A program made the translations under genes and the position numbers. Below the pieces are notes generated by a model, which saw nothing but the letters and a program-made list of their open reading frames with translations, did not search any database and was not told the DNA's origin. 64,000 bases of DNA from Desulfovibrio desulfuricans (lineage in GTDB: Bacteria > Desulfobacterota > Desulfovibrionia > Desulfovibrionales > Desulfovibrionaceae), in NCBI GenBank assembly GCA_015062205.1, contig SUVB01000051.1, positions 25,816 through 89,815 on the forward strand, given 5' to 3'. How positions within the stretch are numbered: the first letter of the stretch is position 1; each line of letters begins with the position of its first letter. Of this stretch, positions 53,993 to 62,875 are shown piece after piece.

Positions 53993-55200
53993 GCCCCGCC
54001 TCCGCCCGACGGCATGGCGGCTGCGGCCGCCAGCGCCTCCTGCGCCATGTCGGCCGGAGCGCGCCCCGTTTCCGCCGCCAGACGCGCCTCCAGCAGGCGC
54101 GCCCTGTGCAGGCGTCCGGCGATGGCCGCGCAGGCTGCGGCATCTCCGGCATACAGCGCCATCTTCAGTGCAAAACGGCGCGCCAGCGGCACAAATTCCC
54201 CGCCACGGCAGTATTTGTCCGCCAAGCAGACCAGTTCGCGCTCCGTGATCGGCTGCGCGTCCGGCAGGCGCAGGTCACGATGGCCGCGCACCAGCGCGGC
54301 CATGCGCGGCAGGCCCAGACTGTCCAGCAGCTCGCCCCCGGCCCGTTCATGGCACGGCTGCCCCTTGCAGACATCGTGCAGCAGCCCTCCGGCCCGCGCC
54401 AGCTCAGGATCAAGCTGCGCAGCCATGCCCGCTGCCGTGCGGCAACGCGCCAGCTCTGCCGCAAAGCGGGCAGCCACGGTCCCCACGGCGCGGGCATGGC
54501 GCAGGCCCTTTTCCGGCACGGCGCGCAGGGCCAGCAAAACTTCCGCCTCCGCCGGGGAAAGCGCCTCCCGCGCGGCCGCCAGAGCCGACAGGCGCGTGTA
54601 GTCTTCCGGCGTGTCCATGTCTTGCAGCATCAGGGCATCGGGCGTGGGCACGAGGCGCCGGGGCAGGTCCGCCAGCGCGCCCTGCAGGCCGCCACGCCCG
54701 CCATACGCCAGAATGCGCGGCGCAGCGGCGGCGGGAATCAGGGGCGGATGCCCCTCGCGTCCGGCAAAGACGGGCACGAACACGGGCGGGGACGTTGCGG
54801 CGTCGGCTGCGGCGGCTTCCCGGGCGGCCGCCAGCAGGGCCTGCACAGTCAGCGGCCGCACCAGCGGCACATCCACGGGATGCACGAACACGGGGCGGCC
54901 CGGGTGCCGCCGCGCCAGCGCGGCCAGCCCCGTCCGCACGGAAGAGAACATGCCTTCTTCCGGCGCGGGATTGCGCGCTGCCGCGAGGCCCAGAACTCCG
55001 GCCTCCGCCTCCACGGCGGCGGCATAAAAGCCGCTCACGACCAGGATGTCTTCCAAACCGCAGGCCCGATACAGCCGCGCGACGGCGGCCAGTGCGGAAC
55101 AGGCCGCGCGCCCTCCCGGCAAGGGCAGGGGCAGCAGGGCCTTGACCCGCCCCATGCGCTCGGCCCTTCCGGCGGCAAGGATTATAACGGTTGGCTGCAT
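53989..55200 (-). CDS. MocA-like nucleotidyltransferase fused to HD domain (DVU_1551-like)
   Basis: IILAAGRAERMG..KALL, GMFSSV, PVD.P, GHPP, DMDTPEDY; C-terminal H...LLHDV.K...H...G, ADK. Confidence 0.85.
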   Translation of the reverse strand: MQPTVIILAAGRAERMGRVKALLPLPLPGGRAACSALAAVARLYRACGLEDILVVSGFYAAAVEAEAGVLGLAAARNPAPEEGMFSSVRTGLAALARRHPGRPVFVHPVDVPLVRPLTVQALLAAAREAAAADAATSPPVFVPVFAGREGHPPLIPAAAAPRILAYGGRGGLQGALADLPRRLVPTPDALMLQDMDTPEDYTRLSALAAAREALSPAEAEVLLALRAVPEKGLRHARAVGTVAARFAAELARCRTAAGMAAQLDPELARAGGLLHDVCKGQPCHERAGGELLDSLGLPRMAALVRGHRDLRLPDAQPITERELVCLADKYCRGGEFVPLARRFALKMALYAGDAAACAAIAGRLHRARLLEARLAAETGRAPADMAQEALAAAAAMPSGGGGA

Positions 55201-55443
55201 GACGCTCCCGGCGGATGTTGTGAACATGCGCGCCGAAAACAGCATATCATCGGGAGAGGCCCTTGCGCAAACAGCGGTTTCTGCCGCCAGGCGGCATGCG
55301 CGCGAATGTCCGCCCTGCCGCTTCTTGAAGTTCGGTATCGTGCCGCTGCCGGCAATGCGGAGGACGCGCCGGACCAGTTCGTCCGGATCAGGCGGTTTTC
55401 CTTGTATTCCGTGCAGGAGTCCGTTTCACGCAGGGGCTGCCGC

Positions 55444-55484
55444 AAAAGAGCAGGCCCCCGGTGACGCCGGGGGCCTGCTCTTTT
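55444..55484. terminator. Strong bidirectional terminator-like hairpin after amidohydrolase
   Basis: 18-bp perfect inverted repeat AAAAGAGCAGGCCCCCGG-tgacg-CCGGGGGCCTGCTCTTTT. Confidence 0.8.
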
Positions 55485-55515
55485 GCCATGCTGCATTCCT
55501 GGTCGGTCAGGCCGG

Positions 55516-56370
55516 CTAGGGCAGCTTCATCCCCAGCAGTTTTTCCGCGTTGCCGCGGAAGAACTTCTTCTTGTGCTCTTCGGAGAAATTGAACCTGTCA
55601 AGGTCGTGAATGGCCTGCTTCAGATTGTAGCAGGGGTAGGCCGAACCGTACAGGATGCGTTCGCCGTCAAGCCAGCGCATGGCCTCGCCGTACATCTGGT
55701 TGCCGGGGGCGTCGGGATTGAGCATGTACAGATCCGGCAACAGCCAGATATTGGGCTGCACGATGCACAGGTTCACGACATGGAGCAGCCAGGGGTAGCA
55801 GGCGTGCGCCAGCACGATCTGCAGGTCCGGGAAATCCTGCGCGACGCGCTGCGCGGCCGCCGGATTGGAATAGTCCAGATTGCCCTGGAAGAAGCTCATG
55901 GTGAGCACCACCGGCACCCGGGCCTTTTCCAGACGCGCATAGATGGGGTAGAGAACATTCGCGTCCGCGAAACGCGGCGGCATGCAGTAGGCGGGCTCCA
56001 TGGCGATGCCCTTGAAACCCATGCTCAGGCAGCGCTCCAGTTCGTCCATGGCGGCGGCCACGCCGCGCGACACGTCCAGGCTGCCGAAGGGAATGATCCT
56101 GTCCGGGTAGGCCCTGGCCATGTCGTTGATGTCGTCATTGGGAACGGAGGCCGTGTCGTCCGGCACCTGACGGCCGATGATGACGCCGGCGCTGATGCCC
56201 GCCTCGTCCATCTCTTTCCAGAAAAGGTCGATGGACTTTTCACGGGCGGCCTGGCTCGGCACTCCGTGCCATTTCTGGGGCGAGCTTTCGTTGCAGACAG
56301 GGTTGCCGTAAATGCCGAGATTGGTGAATTTCTTGTATGGCGGCCGCAGCCGGAAATCAAAAATCTTCAT
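55516..56370 (-). CDS. Amidohydrolase family protein (Amidohydro_2 type)
   Basis: IFDFR.RPP, GFKGI..EP, LYPIY, PDL.IVLAH, LYGSAYP, F..NAEKLL; GGAG RBS before MKIF. Confidence 0.85.
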   Translation of the reverse strand: MKIFDFRLRPPYKKFTNLGIYGNPVCNESSPQKWHGVPSQAAREKSIDLFWKEMDEAGISAGVIIGRQVPDDTASVPNDDINDMARAYPDRIIPFGSLDVSRGVAAAMDELERCLSMGFKGIAMEPAYCMPPRFADANVLYPIYARLEKARVPVVLTMSFFQGNLDYSNPAAAQRVAQDFPDLQIVLAHACYPWLLHVVNLCIVQPNIWLLPDLYMLNPDAPGNQMYGEAMRWLDGERILYGSAYPCYNLKQAIHDLDRFNFSEEHKKKFFRGNAEKLLGMKLP

Positions 56371-56426
56371 GACACACTCCAAGTATCTGAATTTGCATAT
56401 TGCCATATGCCGGAACATGGAATTCG

Positions 56427-57545
56427 TCAACGTATTTCACGGCTGCTCCCGGGGCGGGCGGCGGCATGCGCGCCCTTGGGCAGCCGCGCGATGCGCGGCC
56501 CCGCTCCCGCGGCGTCGCGGAGAATGCGGCCCCGCACCGGGCCAAGCCGGGGCAGGGGGCTGCCGCAGGCGCAGGGCCCCGGCAGCAGGGAGGCCACGTC
56601 GCCCGTACGGTAGCGCACCAGCGGCATGGCCTCGCGCTGCAGCGTGGTGATGACCACCTCGCCCTCCTCGCCGGGCGGCAGCACCCGATCGCCCGTCATG
56701 GCGACAATTTCCACGTACACATCCAGCGCGCGCAAATGATAGCCGTCGTGGGCCGGGCATTCCACGGCGCAGCCATAGCCGGTTTCGGTCAGGCCGTAAT
56801 GGTCCAGCGTCAGGCAGCCCCAGCGCTCCCGCAGAACGCGGGCCAAGCCCGGCGGCAGCGGTTCCGCGCTGGACAGGATGCCCGCAAGGCCGGGCGGTCC
56901 CGCATCAGGAAACTGCGGCAGAAGACGCTCCAGCTGGGCGGGCGCGGCCACCACGCAGTGCGGGCGAAGTTGCGCAAGCTGCCGCGCCGCCGCGCTGCCG
57001 CGCAACAGCTCCGGCGGCAGGGCGAGCACCTCCACCCCGTCGGCCTCAAGGGCCTGCCGCAGCAGGTCGGCCACGCCGTCCGGACGTTCCGCGCCCGGCA
57101 GAAGCACGACCAGCCGTTGCCCCCGCCCCGCCAGCCCGCGCATGCCCACGGCGAAAAACTGACGCGTGCGCGCAAGGTCCGCTTCCGTGAAGGCCAGCCG
57201 CTTGGGCGCGCCCGTAGTGCCCGAGGTGCGCAGCGTGACCATGCGCTCCACCGCCCCGCGCGACACGCAGAGAAAATCCTCCCAGCGCGCCAGGTCTTCG
57301 GGCCGGGTGAAGGGCAGACGCGCCAGATCATCCGGACCGGACACGTCAAGGCAATGCCCGCGCAGCAGCCGCGCGTAAAAACGGCTGTTCCCGCCCGCAT
57401 GGCGCAGAACGCGCCGAAGGGCGGCCATGCGCGCGGCCGTGAGCCGCCGGGGCAGGTCTTCCGGCGATGCGCCGCACTGCCCGGCCAGCCAGGCGTCCAA
57501 CGCGCAGGCGAACCTGCCGGGGGGCGGCGCTGCGCCCGTTGTCAC
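56427..57545 (-). CDS. Phenylacetate-CoA-ligase-like AMP-forming enzyme (DVU_1553-like)
   Basis: TSGTTGAPKR, DHYGLTETG, VVITTL, MPLVRYRTGD; GTG start overlaps radical SAM stop. Confidence 0.85.
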   Translation of the reverse strand: MTTGAAPPPGRFACALDAWLAGQCGASPEDLPRRLTAARMAALRRVLRHAGGNSRFYARLLRGHCLDVSGPDDLARLPFTRPEDLARWEDFLCVSRGAVERMVTLRTSGTTGAPKRLAFTEADLARTRQFFAVGMRGLAGRGQRLVVLLPGAERPDGVADLLRQALEADGVEVLALPPELLRGSAAARQLAQLRPHCVVAAPAQLERLLPQFPDAGPPGLAGILSSAEPLPPGLARVLRERWGCLTLDHYGLTETGYGCAVECPAHDGYHLRALDVYVEIVAMTGDRVLPPGEEGEVVITTLQREAMPLVRYRTGDVASLLPGPCACGSPLPRLGPVRGRILRDAAGAGPRIARLPKGAHAAARPGSSREIR

Positions 57546-58942
57546 CGCCCGTCCCCGTACAGCCGCGTGCCGTCCGCGGACGTGATGTTGTGCAGACAGA
57601 AGGGGATAAGCCGCCCGTCGGGCCGCGCCACATGGATGCAGCAGCCGCGCACGCGGTCCACGTCCAGACTCAGGGCGTCCTGAAAGGCCATGGCCGAAAG
57701 GGTGAAACGGCGTTCCGCCCCGGCCTCGGCCAGAAAGCGGCTGAAGCCGTCTGCGGCGGCGCTTTCGCGGCCGGAGGGCGTCGGCGCAGGGCCGCTCCCC
57801 TTCCAGTGCAGGGCCGTGAAGCGGCGGGATTGCCGCGCCCCCTCCGCCGCCGGAGGCGGCGCAAAAGGGGCCTGCGGCGCGGGCGCGCAGCAGGCGGCCT
57901 GCCCCAGCGGTTCCAGCGCGGGCGCGCCCTGCCGCTCCGTACGGCGGTACACGGCGCTGAAGGAGCAGAGTTCGTGCTCGCAGCCCGGCGGGTGCACATG
58001 GCCGGGACTGAACAGTTCCGGGGCCTGCTGCGCCAGCGCGCCCATCACTTCGGGCAGGGTCAGACGCGGGGCCTGCTCCAGCCGCCAGGGGTACCGCCCG
58101 AAAAAGGCGGCTGGCTGCAAATGCAGGCCGCGCACGGCAGGCCCCAGACGCAGGGCCAGACGCAGGAGTTCGCCCAGTTCGTCCGAATTGACGCCGCGCA
58201 CGACGGTGGCCACCAGCACCACCCCCAGACCCGCGCGGGCGCAGTGCTCCACGGCGCGGCGCTTGAAGGCCAGACACTCCCGGCCGCGCAGCGACAGGAA
58301 GGACGCCTCGCGCGCGCCGTCCCACTGCAGGTAGACGGAATCCAGCCCCGCCGCGCGCAGCCGCGCGGCATATTCCGGGTCTTCGGCCAGCCGCAGGCCG
58401 TTGGTATTGAGCTGCACAAGGCCGAAGCCGCGCTGCCGGGCCAGGGAAAGGATGGCGGGCAGGTCGTCGCGCACGGTGGGCTCCCCGCCGGAAATCTGCA
58501 CGTTGCAGGGGCCGGAGGCCTGCCGGAGGGCATCCAGCTGCGCGGCGACGACTGCCGGGGGCGGGTCCCCCGCGACCGCCTCCGCGCCCGCGACCGCGTA
58601 GCAGACGGGGCAGGCCATGTTGCAGCGCAAGGTCACTTCCACAAGGCCGGTGCAGGTGTGCTGGGCATGCGCCGGGCACAGGCCGCAGTCAAAAGGACAG
58701 CCCCCCGCAATGGACGTGGCGGGACGGGCAGGATAGGAAGGCGCCTTGGGACGCGACCAGTCCGCAAAGGCGGGCGTGGAAGGGCCGCCCTTCTGCGGCT
58801 CGCGCCACACGGGCACGCTGAAGGCCCCGTGCTCCGGGCAGCGCTTGCGCAGCAGGACGGCGGCGCCGTCGGGGGCTTGCTCGTACACGGCGTCCAGCCG
58901 CCGCAGACAGACGGGGCAAAGACTCTGGGTACGGCGCAGCAT
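57542..58942 (-). CDS. Radical SAM protein with extra Cys clusters (TrsS-like; Tes/GDGT-MAS MJ0619-like architecture)
   Basis: N-terminal CPVC...CPEH, CPFDCGLC, RS motif CNMACPVC, SGGEPT, C-terminal CCIH...IPFC. Confidence 0.85.
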   Translation of the reverse strand: MLRRTQSLCPVCLRRLDAVYEQAPDGAAVLLRKRCPEHGAFSVPVWREPQKGGPSTPAFADWSRPKAPSYPARPATSIAGGCPFDCGLCPAHAQHTCTGLVEVTLRCNMACPVCYAVAGAEAVAGDPPPAVVAAQLDALRQASGPCNVQISGGEPTVRDDLPAILSLARQRGFGLVQLNTNGLRLAEDPEYAARLRAAGLDSVYLQWDGAREASFLSLRGRECLAFKRRAVEHCARAGLGVVLVATVVRGVNSDELGELLRLALRLGPAVRGLHLQPAAFFGRYPWRLEQAPRLTLPEVMGALAQQAPELFSPGHVHPPGCEHELCSFSAVYRRTERQGAPALEPLGQAACCAPAPQAPFAPPPAAEGARQSRRFTALHWKGSGPAPTPSGRESAAADGFSRFLAEAGAERRFTLSAMAFQDALSLDVDRVRGCCIHVARPDGRLIPFCLHNITSADGTRLYGDGR

Positions 58943-59406
58943 CACGCCCCCGCAGCGAGATCCAGCCCGTAGCTTTCGGCCAGCTCCAGGATCTTTTCCC
59001 AGCATTCGGCCAGCAGGTCGCCGCAAACCATAGGATCGGGCCGTTCCCCGGGCGCGCCGGAGGAAGCCCCCAACCCGGCGGCCACCTGCCCGCAGCGCAG
59101 GCCGCCGTACGCCTCAACGCGCGCATGGAACCACATGCCGTACTCGTTGAGCAGGGGCGTGAACATGGGGTGCGCCGTTTCGTCTTCCGAGCCCTTGCCC
59201 GCCGCCAGCGCAAGGGCGCAGGCCCCGCCCGTGAGCAGCCCGCACGGCCCGTCGGACTGCCCTATGCCGTGGCACAGGCCCTGCGCCGCGCGCACTGCGT
59301 CAGGACAGTCCCTGTTCATGGCCTGCGCCATGAGCAGCAGCAACAGCTGGCTGCAGCAGTAGCCCTGACGCGCCAGCGGCAGCAGTTCCATCATCATGGG
59401 GTGCAT
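58942..59406 (-). CDS. C-GCAxxG-C-C family putative redox protein (DVU_1555-like)
   Basis: GYCCSQ, GLCHGIG, CGLLTGGACA, C..., C.DL pattern. Confidence 0.85.
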   Translation of the reverse strand: MHPMMMELLPLARQGYCCSQLLLLLMAQAMNRDCPDAVRAAQGLCHGIGQSDGPCGLLTGGACALALAAGKGSEDETAHPMFTPLLNEYGMWFHARVEAYGGLRCGQVAAGLGASSGAPGERPDPMVCGDLLAECWEKILELAESYGLDLAAGA

Positions 59407-60137
59407 ACGGTCTCCTTTTTTCGGGCGATCCACAATCCGTACCCGTAGCGGCGCGGAACCGAAAGAGCGCAGGCGCACGCCCCGCTTTTCGCCGGGTCTG
59501 TCCCGGCGGAAAGGCGGGACGCGGCAGGCCCGCTCTCCCCGTCGCCATACCAGAGCATGCGCGCCGCCAGCTCCACGAGGGCCCGGCTGTGATCCTCATA
59601 CAGCAGCACGCCAAATCCGGCCTTTTCCAGAAAATCGCGCCACCCGGCGGCAGGGCGCGCGCCCTTCAGGCAGGAAGCGCCCTCCTCCCGGCCCGGTCTC
59701 CGGCCCGCCTCCTCCGCGCGCAGCGTCAGATCGCCCACAATGCCTATGCCGCCCGCTCGCAGAACGCGGCAGGCGGCGCGCAGAACTGCCAGGGGATCGT
59801 CCAGCAGGGAAAGCACGCACTCGCAGAGCACCATATCCGCGCAGCCTTCGGCCAGCGGCGGGCGGCGCAGATCGGCGCGCACAAAGGCTGACGCGGCGGC
59901 CCCTCCCCCTTCCGGCCCGTCCCCGCGGTCCAGCCCCACGGCGACATAGCCCCGCGCCGCCAGCAATTCCAGCGTGGCCCCACCCCCGCAGCCCCAGTCC
60001 TGCGCCAAGGCCGGGGGTCGCATCAGCCCCCGCGCCTCGCACCAGTCGAGCGCGCGGCGCGTCAGGGCGCGGCCGCCGGGCCGCCACGCGCCCCCTGCCG
60101 CAACGCGAAAATCCGCCCGCTCCCACAGCGCGCTCAC
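59394..60137 (-). CDS. Class I SAM methyltransferase (DVU_1556-like)
   Basis: RPGG..LT, DWGCGGG, GLD, ECVLSL, LRAGG, GYGLWIARK; GTG start overlaps upstream stop. Confidence 0.85.
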   Translation of the reverse strand: MSALWERADFRVAAGGAWRPGGRALTRRALDWCEARGLMRPPALAQDWGCGGGATLELLAARGYVAVGLDRGDGPEGGGAAASAFVRADLRRPPLAEGCADMVLCECVLSLLDDPLAVLRAACRVLRAGGIGIVGDLTLRAEEAGRRPGREEGASCLKGARPAAGWRDFLEKAGFGVLLYEDHSRALVELAARMLWYGDGESGPAASRLSAGTDPAKSGACACALSVPRRYGYGLWIARKKETVCTP

Positions 60138-60349
60138 TTGTCCTCCAGCAGCGCTTCCACTTCCAGCATCTTGCCTTCGGCCAACGACCTGGGCACCATC
60201 GTCAGGCCGCATTGGGGGCAGCGCGGCAACACCACGTCAAAGGCGCTGTTGAGATAGAACACCGATGTCCTGATCTGCTCCAGAGGCACGCCGCAACGGC
60301 CGCACACCCAGCGGCCGCCGTCCGGCCCGTAATTCGGCCCCATGCTCAT
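60134..60349 (-). CDS. Small CxxC..CxxC redox/metal-binding protein (DVU_1557-like)
   Basis: WVCGRC...LPRCPQCG...LAEGKMLEVEALLEDK. Confidence 0.8.
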   Translation of the reverse strand: MSMGPNYGPDGGRWVCGRCGVPLEQIRTSVFYLNSAFDVVLPRCPQCGLTMVPRSLAEGKMLEVEALLEDK

Positions 60350-62778
60350 GACCGCTCCCTCTTGCCGCCGTCGGTGCCGCTCTGGCAGGCCCTGACAACA
60401 TCCTCGGCTTCCTGCCCTCCTGCGCCGGGGACAATCATGCGATGGCACCAGGCGTCGCGCAGTTCGTACTCCTCGCCCCGCTTCCGGTATGCCACCCAGA
60501 ACGTCACCTTGCGCGGCCGCCATGAGCCGAGCCTGCACCCGTCTTCCCGATTCTCGAACCAGTGCCCGCAGGCTTCCGCCCCGGCCACGGCCTCCGTGAC
60601 GTCTGTGAGCAGGATATGCCGTTCCTCCAGCCGCGCCAGCAGATCTGGGGCGACACGCAGGCGACAGGACGGCTTCGGCGGCTCGGGGACTGCGCCGCCG
60701 CGCGCCAGCAGACGCGCGCGCAGGGCCGCCCGGTTGGCCCGTCGGGCCGAAAGGCCCGGCCCCGGCGTCGCGCCCGAAGCGGGGAATGCCCCCGGCAGCA
60801 GCACATCCAGCAGATGCAGGCACTCCTTGCCCCCGGCGACCAAGCGGTCGCGGCACATGATGCACGAAGCAAGGCCGGGATGCGGCAGTTCCGCCGCACG
60901 CCGGTCCCCCATGACGCCGGCCAGTTCCGGCTGGGCGCACCACACCAGACCGCCGTAGCCGCAGCAGCCCGTGGTCGCGCCGGAAAAACGCGGTTCCTCA
61001 ATGCGCGCGCCGCACTTGCGGGCCAGGCTGCGCACCGCCGCCAGCCAGGCCGCGTCATGCCGGGCGGCACAGGGATCGTGCATGGAAAACAGCTCGGGCA
61101 ACGCCGCCTGCGCGCCGTCCGCACTGCCGGACAGGCCGTCCCGCAGCGCGCGCAGGCCGGAAGCGTCCAGCCCGTCCAGAACCTCCCACACCGAAAGGGC
61201 CTGCGCTTCGGGCAGGGTTTCACGCAACACCGTGAGGCAGGAGGCGCAGGCCGCCATGACGCGCGGGCGGCCCAGGCGTTCCCACGCCGCCCGCAGTCGC
61301 GCCGCGTGTTCGCGGAACAGCCGCGTCCGTCCGGCCCAGCGCGCGGGTATGCCGCAACAGGAGAGCATGAGCGCCACGCCCGGCGTCGGCCCCTCCGCAA
61401 GAACGGCGCGCAGCCGCTCGTAGAGCGCTGCCACCTGTTCCCCGCGCGAGGCTGCCAGCTGGCAGCCGGGGAAAAACAGCCACGCGGGAGCGCCGCCGTC
61501 CGCCCCCGTATCCGGCAGGGTCAGGGCGCAGTCCGGGCCGGAGGCGTTTTCCATGTCCTCCAGGGCAAACTCATGAGCGGAGGGCGGCATGAAGCCGCGC
61601 TCCACCATATCCTCGCGGGCGGCCAGACACAGCTCGGCCATGGAGAAATTTTCGGGGCACAGTTCCTCGCAGCGACCGCACAGGGCGCAGCCATTGATCA
61701 TGGCATTGGCCGTGTGCAGGCCCTTGACGATGGCAGCGTTATTATACGCCTGCCGCGCATAGAGGCGCGGATAGCCCTTGTATTTTTGCAGATACGCGCA
61801 TTGCCGCACGCAGATCAGGCACTCGCACTGCAGGCAGCGCTGCGCCTCGGCGCGGGCCTCCTGCGCGTCGAACAGCCCCTCGTCGCCCGCGCGGACGGCA
61901 GGTTCCACCTGCGGCACGGGCGCAATGCCCGTCACATCCGTATGCAGGGGGTTCTGCTGCCTGACGCGTGCGGCCGTCAGCGAAACCTTGCCCGCCAGGC
62001 GCTCCATGGTCTGCGCGGCCTGCCTGCCCTCCCCCGCCTGACGCGAGGACGCGATGAAGGCATGCCCCGTGGCCGTGCGCCCCGGCCGCCCCGCGCAGCA
62101 GATATTGCCGCGCCAGAGCAGCGTGTCCGGCTCCACGGCCGCCGTCTCCGGGGCCAGTTCCGGAAAGGCGTCCGCATCCAGCAGCACGGCGTCGTATTCT
62201 TCGGCCGCGCGCTCCAGCAGGGCGGCCTCCGCCTCCGACGGCGCGAAGACGACGTTCCGGGCCGTGAGGGCGGCCATATCTTCCGCCGCGAAATCCTTGG
62301 CAATGCCCTCCGTGGACTGCAGTTGCGGATAGCGCGTGAGCAGCGCGTCCAGGGGCGCGCCCCGGTGGAACACGGTAACGGGATAGGCCTTGCGCGCCAG
62401 ATCCCACGCCGCGGCCAGCCCCGCCAGCCCCGCCCCCAGCACGGCCATGCGCAGACGCTTGGGCGGCAGGGGGAGGGTCCGCCCCTGCGGTCCTGCGGTC
62501 AGCATGCAGGCCAGCTCCAGGCCGTGCAGGGCCACGCTGCCGCCGAGGTCGCGACGCAGACAGACGTTTTCGCACGGGTGGTCGCAGATGCGCGCCATGA
62601 TGCCCGGCAGGGGCAGGTGCAGCTCCAGCAGCCTGCGGGCCTCGCCCGGCCGCCCTTCGGCCATGCGGGCCATGAAGGCGCGCACGTCCAGACCGAAAGG
62701 ACAAGCGGCGCGGCAGCGCGGCGGGCTCTCCTGGGTACAGTGCGATTCTATTTCGTGCAGGCGGTTCTGGTTCATCAT
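60346..62778 (-). CDS. Multi-FeS flavoprotein oxidoreductase: GltD-like N-terminus, dicluster, CCG domains (DVU_1558-like)
   Basis: C.QE.PP.C.AACP, ICDHPCE..C.R, GAGLAG FAD motif, CLQCECLICVRQC, CALCGRCEELCP, FFPGC, CCG, HDPC, CCGYGG. Confidence 0.85.
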   Translation of the reverse strand: MMNQNRLHEIESHCTQESPPRCRAACPFGLDVRAFMARMAEGRPGEARRLLELHLPLPGIMARICDHPCENVCLRRDLGGSVALHGLELACMLTAGPQGRTLPLPPKRLRMAVLGAGLAGLAAAWDLARKAYPVTVFHRGAPLDALLTRYPQLQSTEGIAKDFAAEDMAALTARNVVFAPSEAEAALLERAAEEYDAVLLDADAFPELAPETAAVEPDTLLWRGNICCAGRPGRTATGHAFIASSRQAGEGRQAAQTMERLAGKVSLTAARVRQQNPLHTDVTGIAPVPQVEPAVRAGDEGLFDAQEARAEAQRCLQCECLICVRQCAYLQKYKGYPRLYARQAYNNAAIVKGLHTANAMINGCALCGRCEELCPENFSMAELCLAAREDMVERGFMPPSAHEFALEDMENASGPDCALTLPDTGADGGAPAWLFFPGCQLAASRGEQVAALYERLRAVLAEGPTPGVALMLSCCGIPARWAGRTRLFREHAARLRAAWERLGRPRVMAACASCLTVLRETLPEAQALSVWEVLDGLDASGLRALRDGLSGSADGAQAALPELFSMHDPCAARHDAAWLAAVRSLARKCGARIEEPRFSGATTGCCGYGGLVWCAQPELAGVMGDRRAAELPHPGLASCIMCRDRLVAGGKECLHLLDVLLPGAFPASGATPGPGLSARRANRAALRARLLARGGAVPEPPKPSCRLRVAPDLLARLEERHILLTDVTEAVAGAEACGHWFENREDGCRLGSWRPRKVTFWVAYRKRGEEYELRDAWCHRMIVPGAGGQEAEDVVRACQSGTDGGKRERS

Positions 62779-62875
62779 GGCATCGGCTCGCTGCGCAGGA
62801 TGACGCGGGTTGCAGAATGGCGGCGGACAAAGGCCCTGTTGCCGCCTTTGCCCGCCGGTTGCCGGTTTTTTTCGT

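Noticed and set aside
56427-58679. 750-aa ORF suggesting a long CoA-ligase fusion
   Set aside because: The 5' half is an alternative frame over the radical SAM gene; the real start is the GTG at 57545, overlapping the radical SAM stop.
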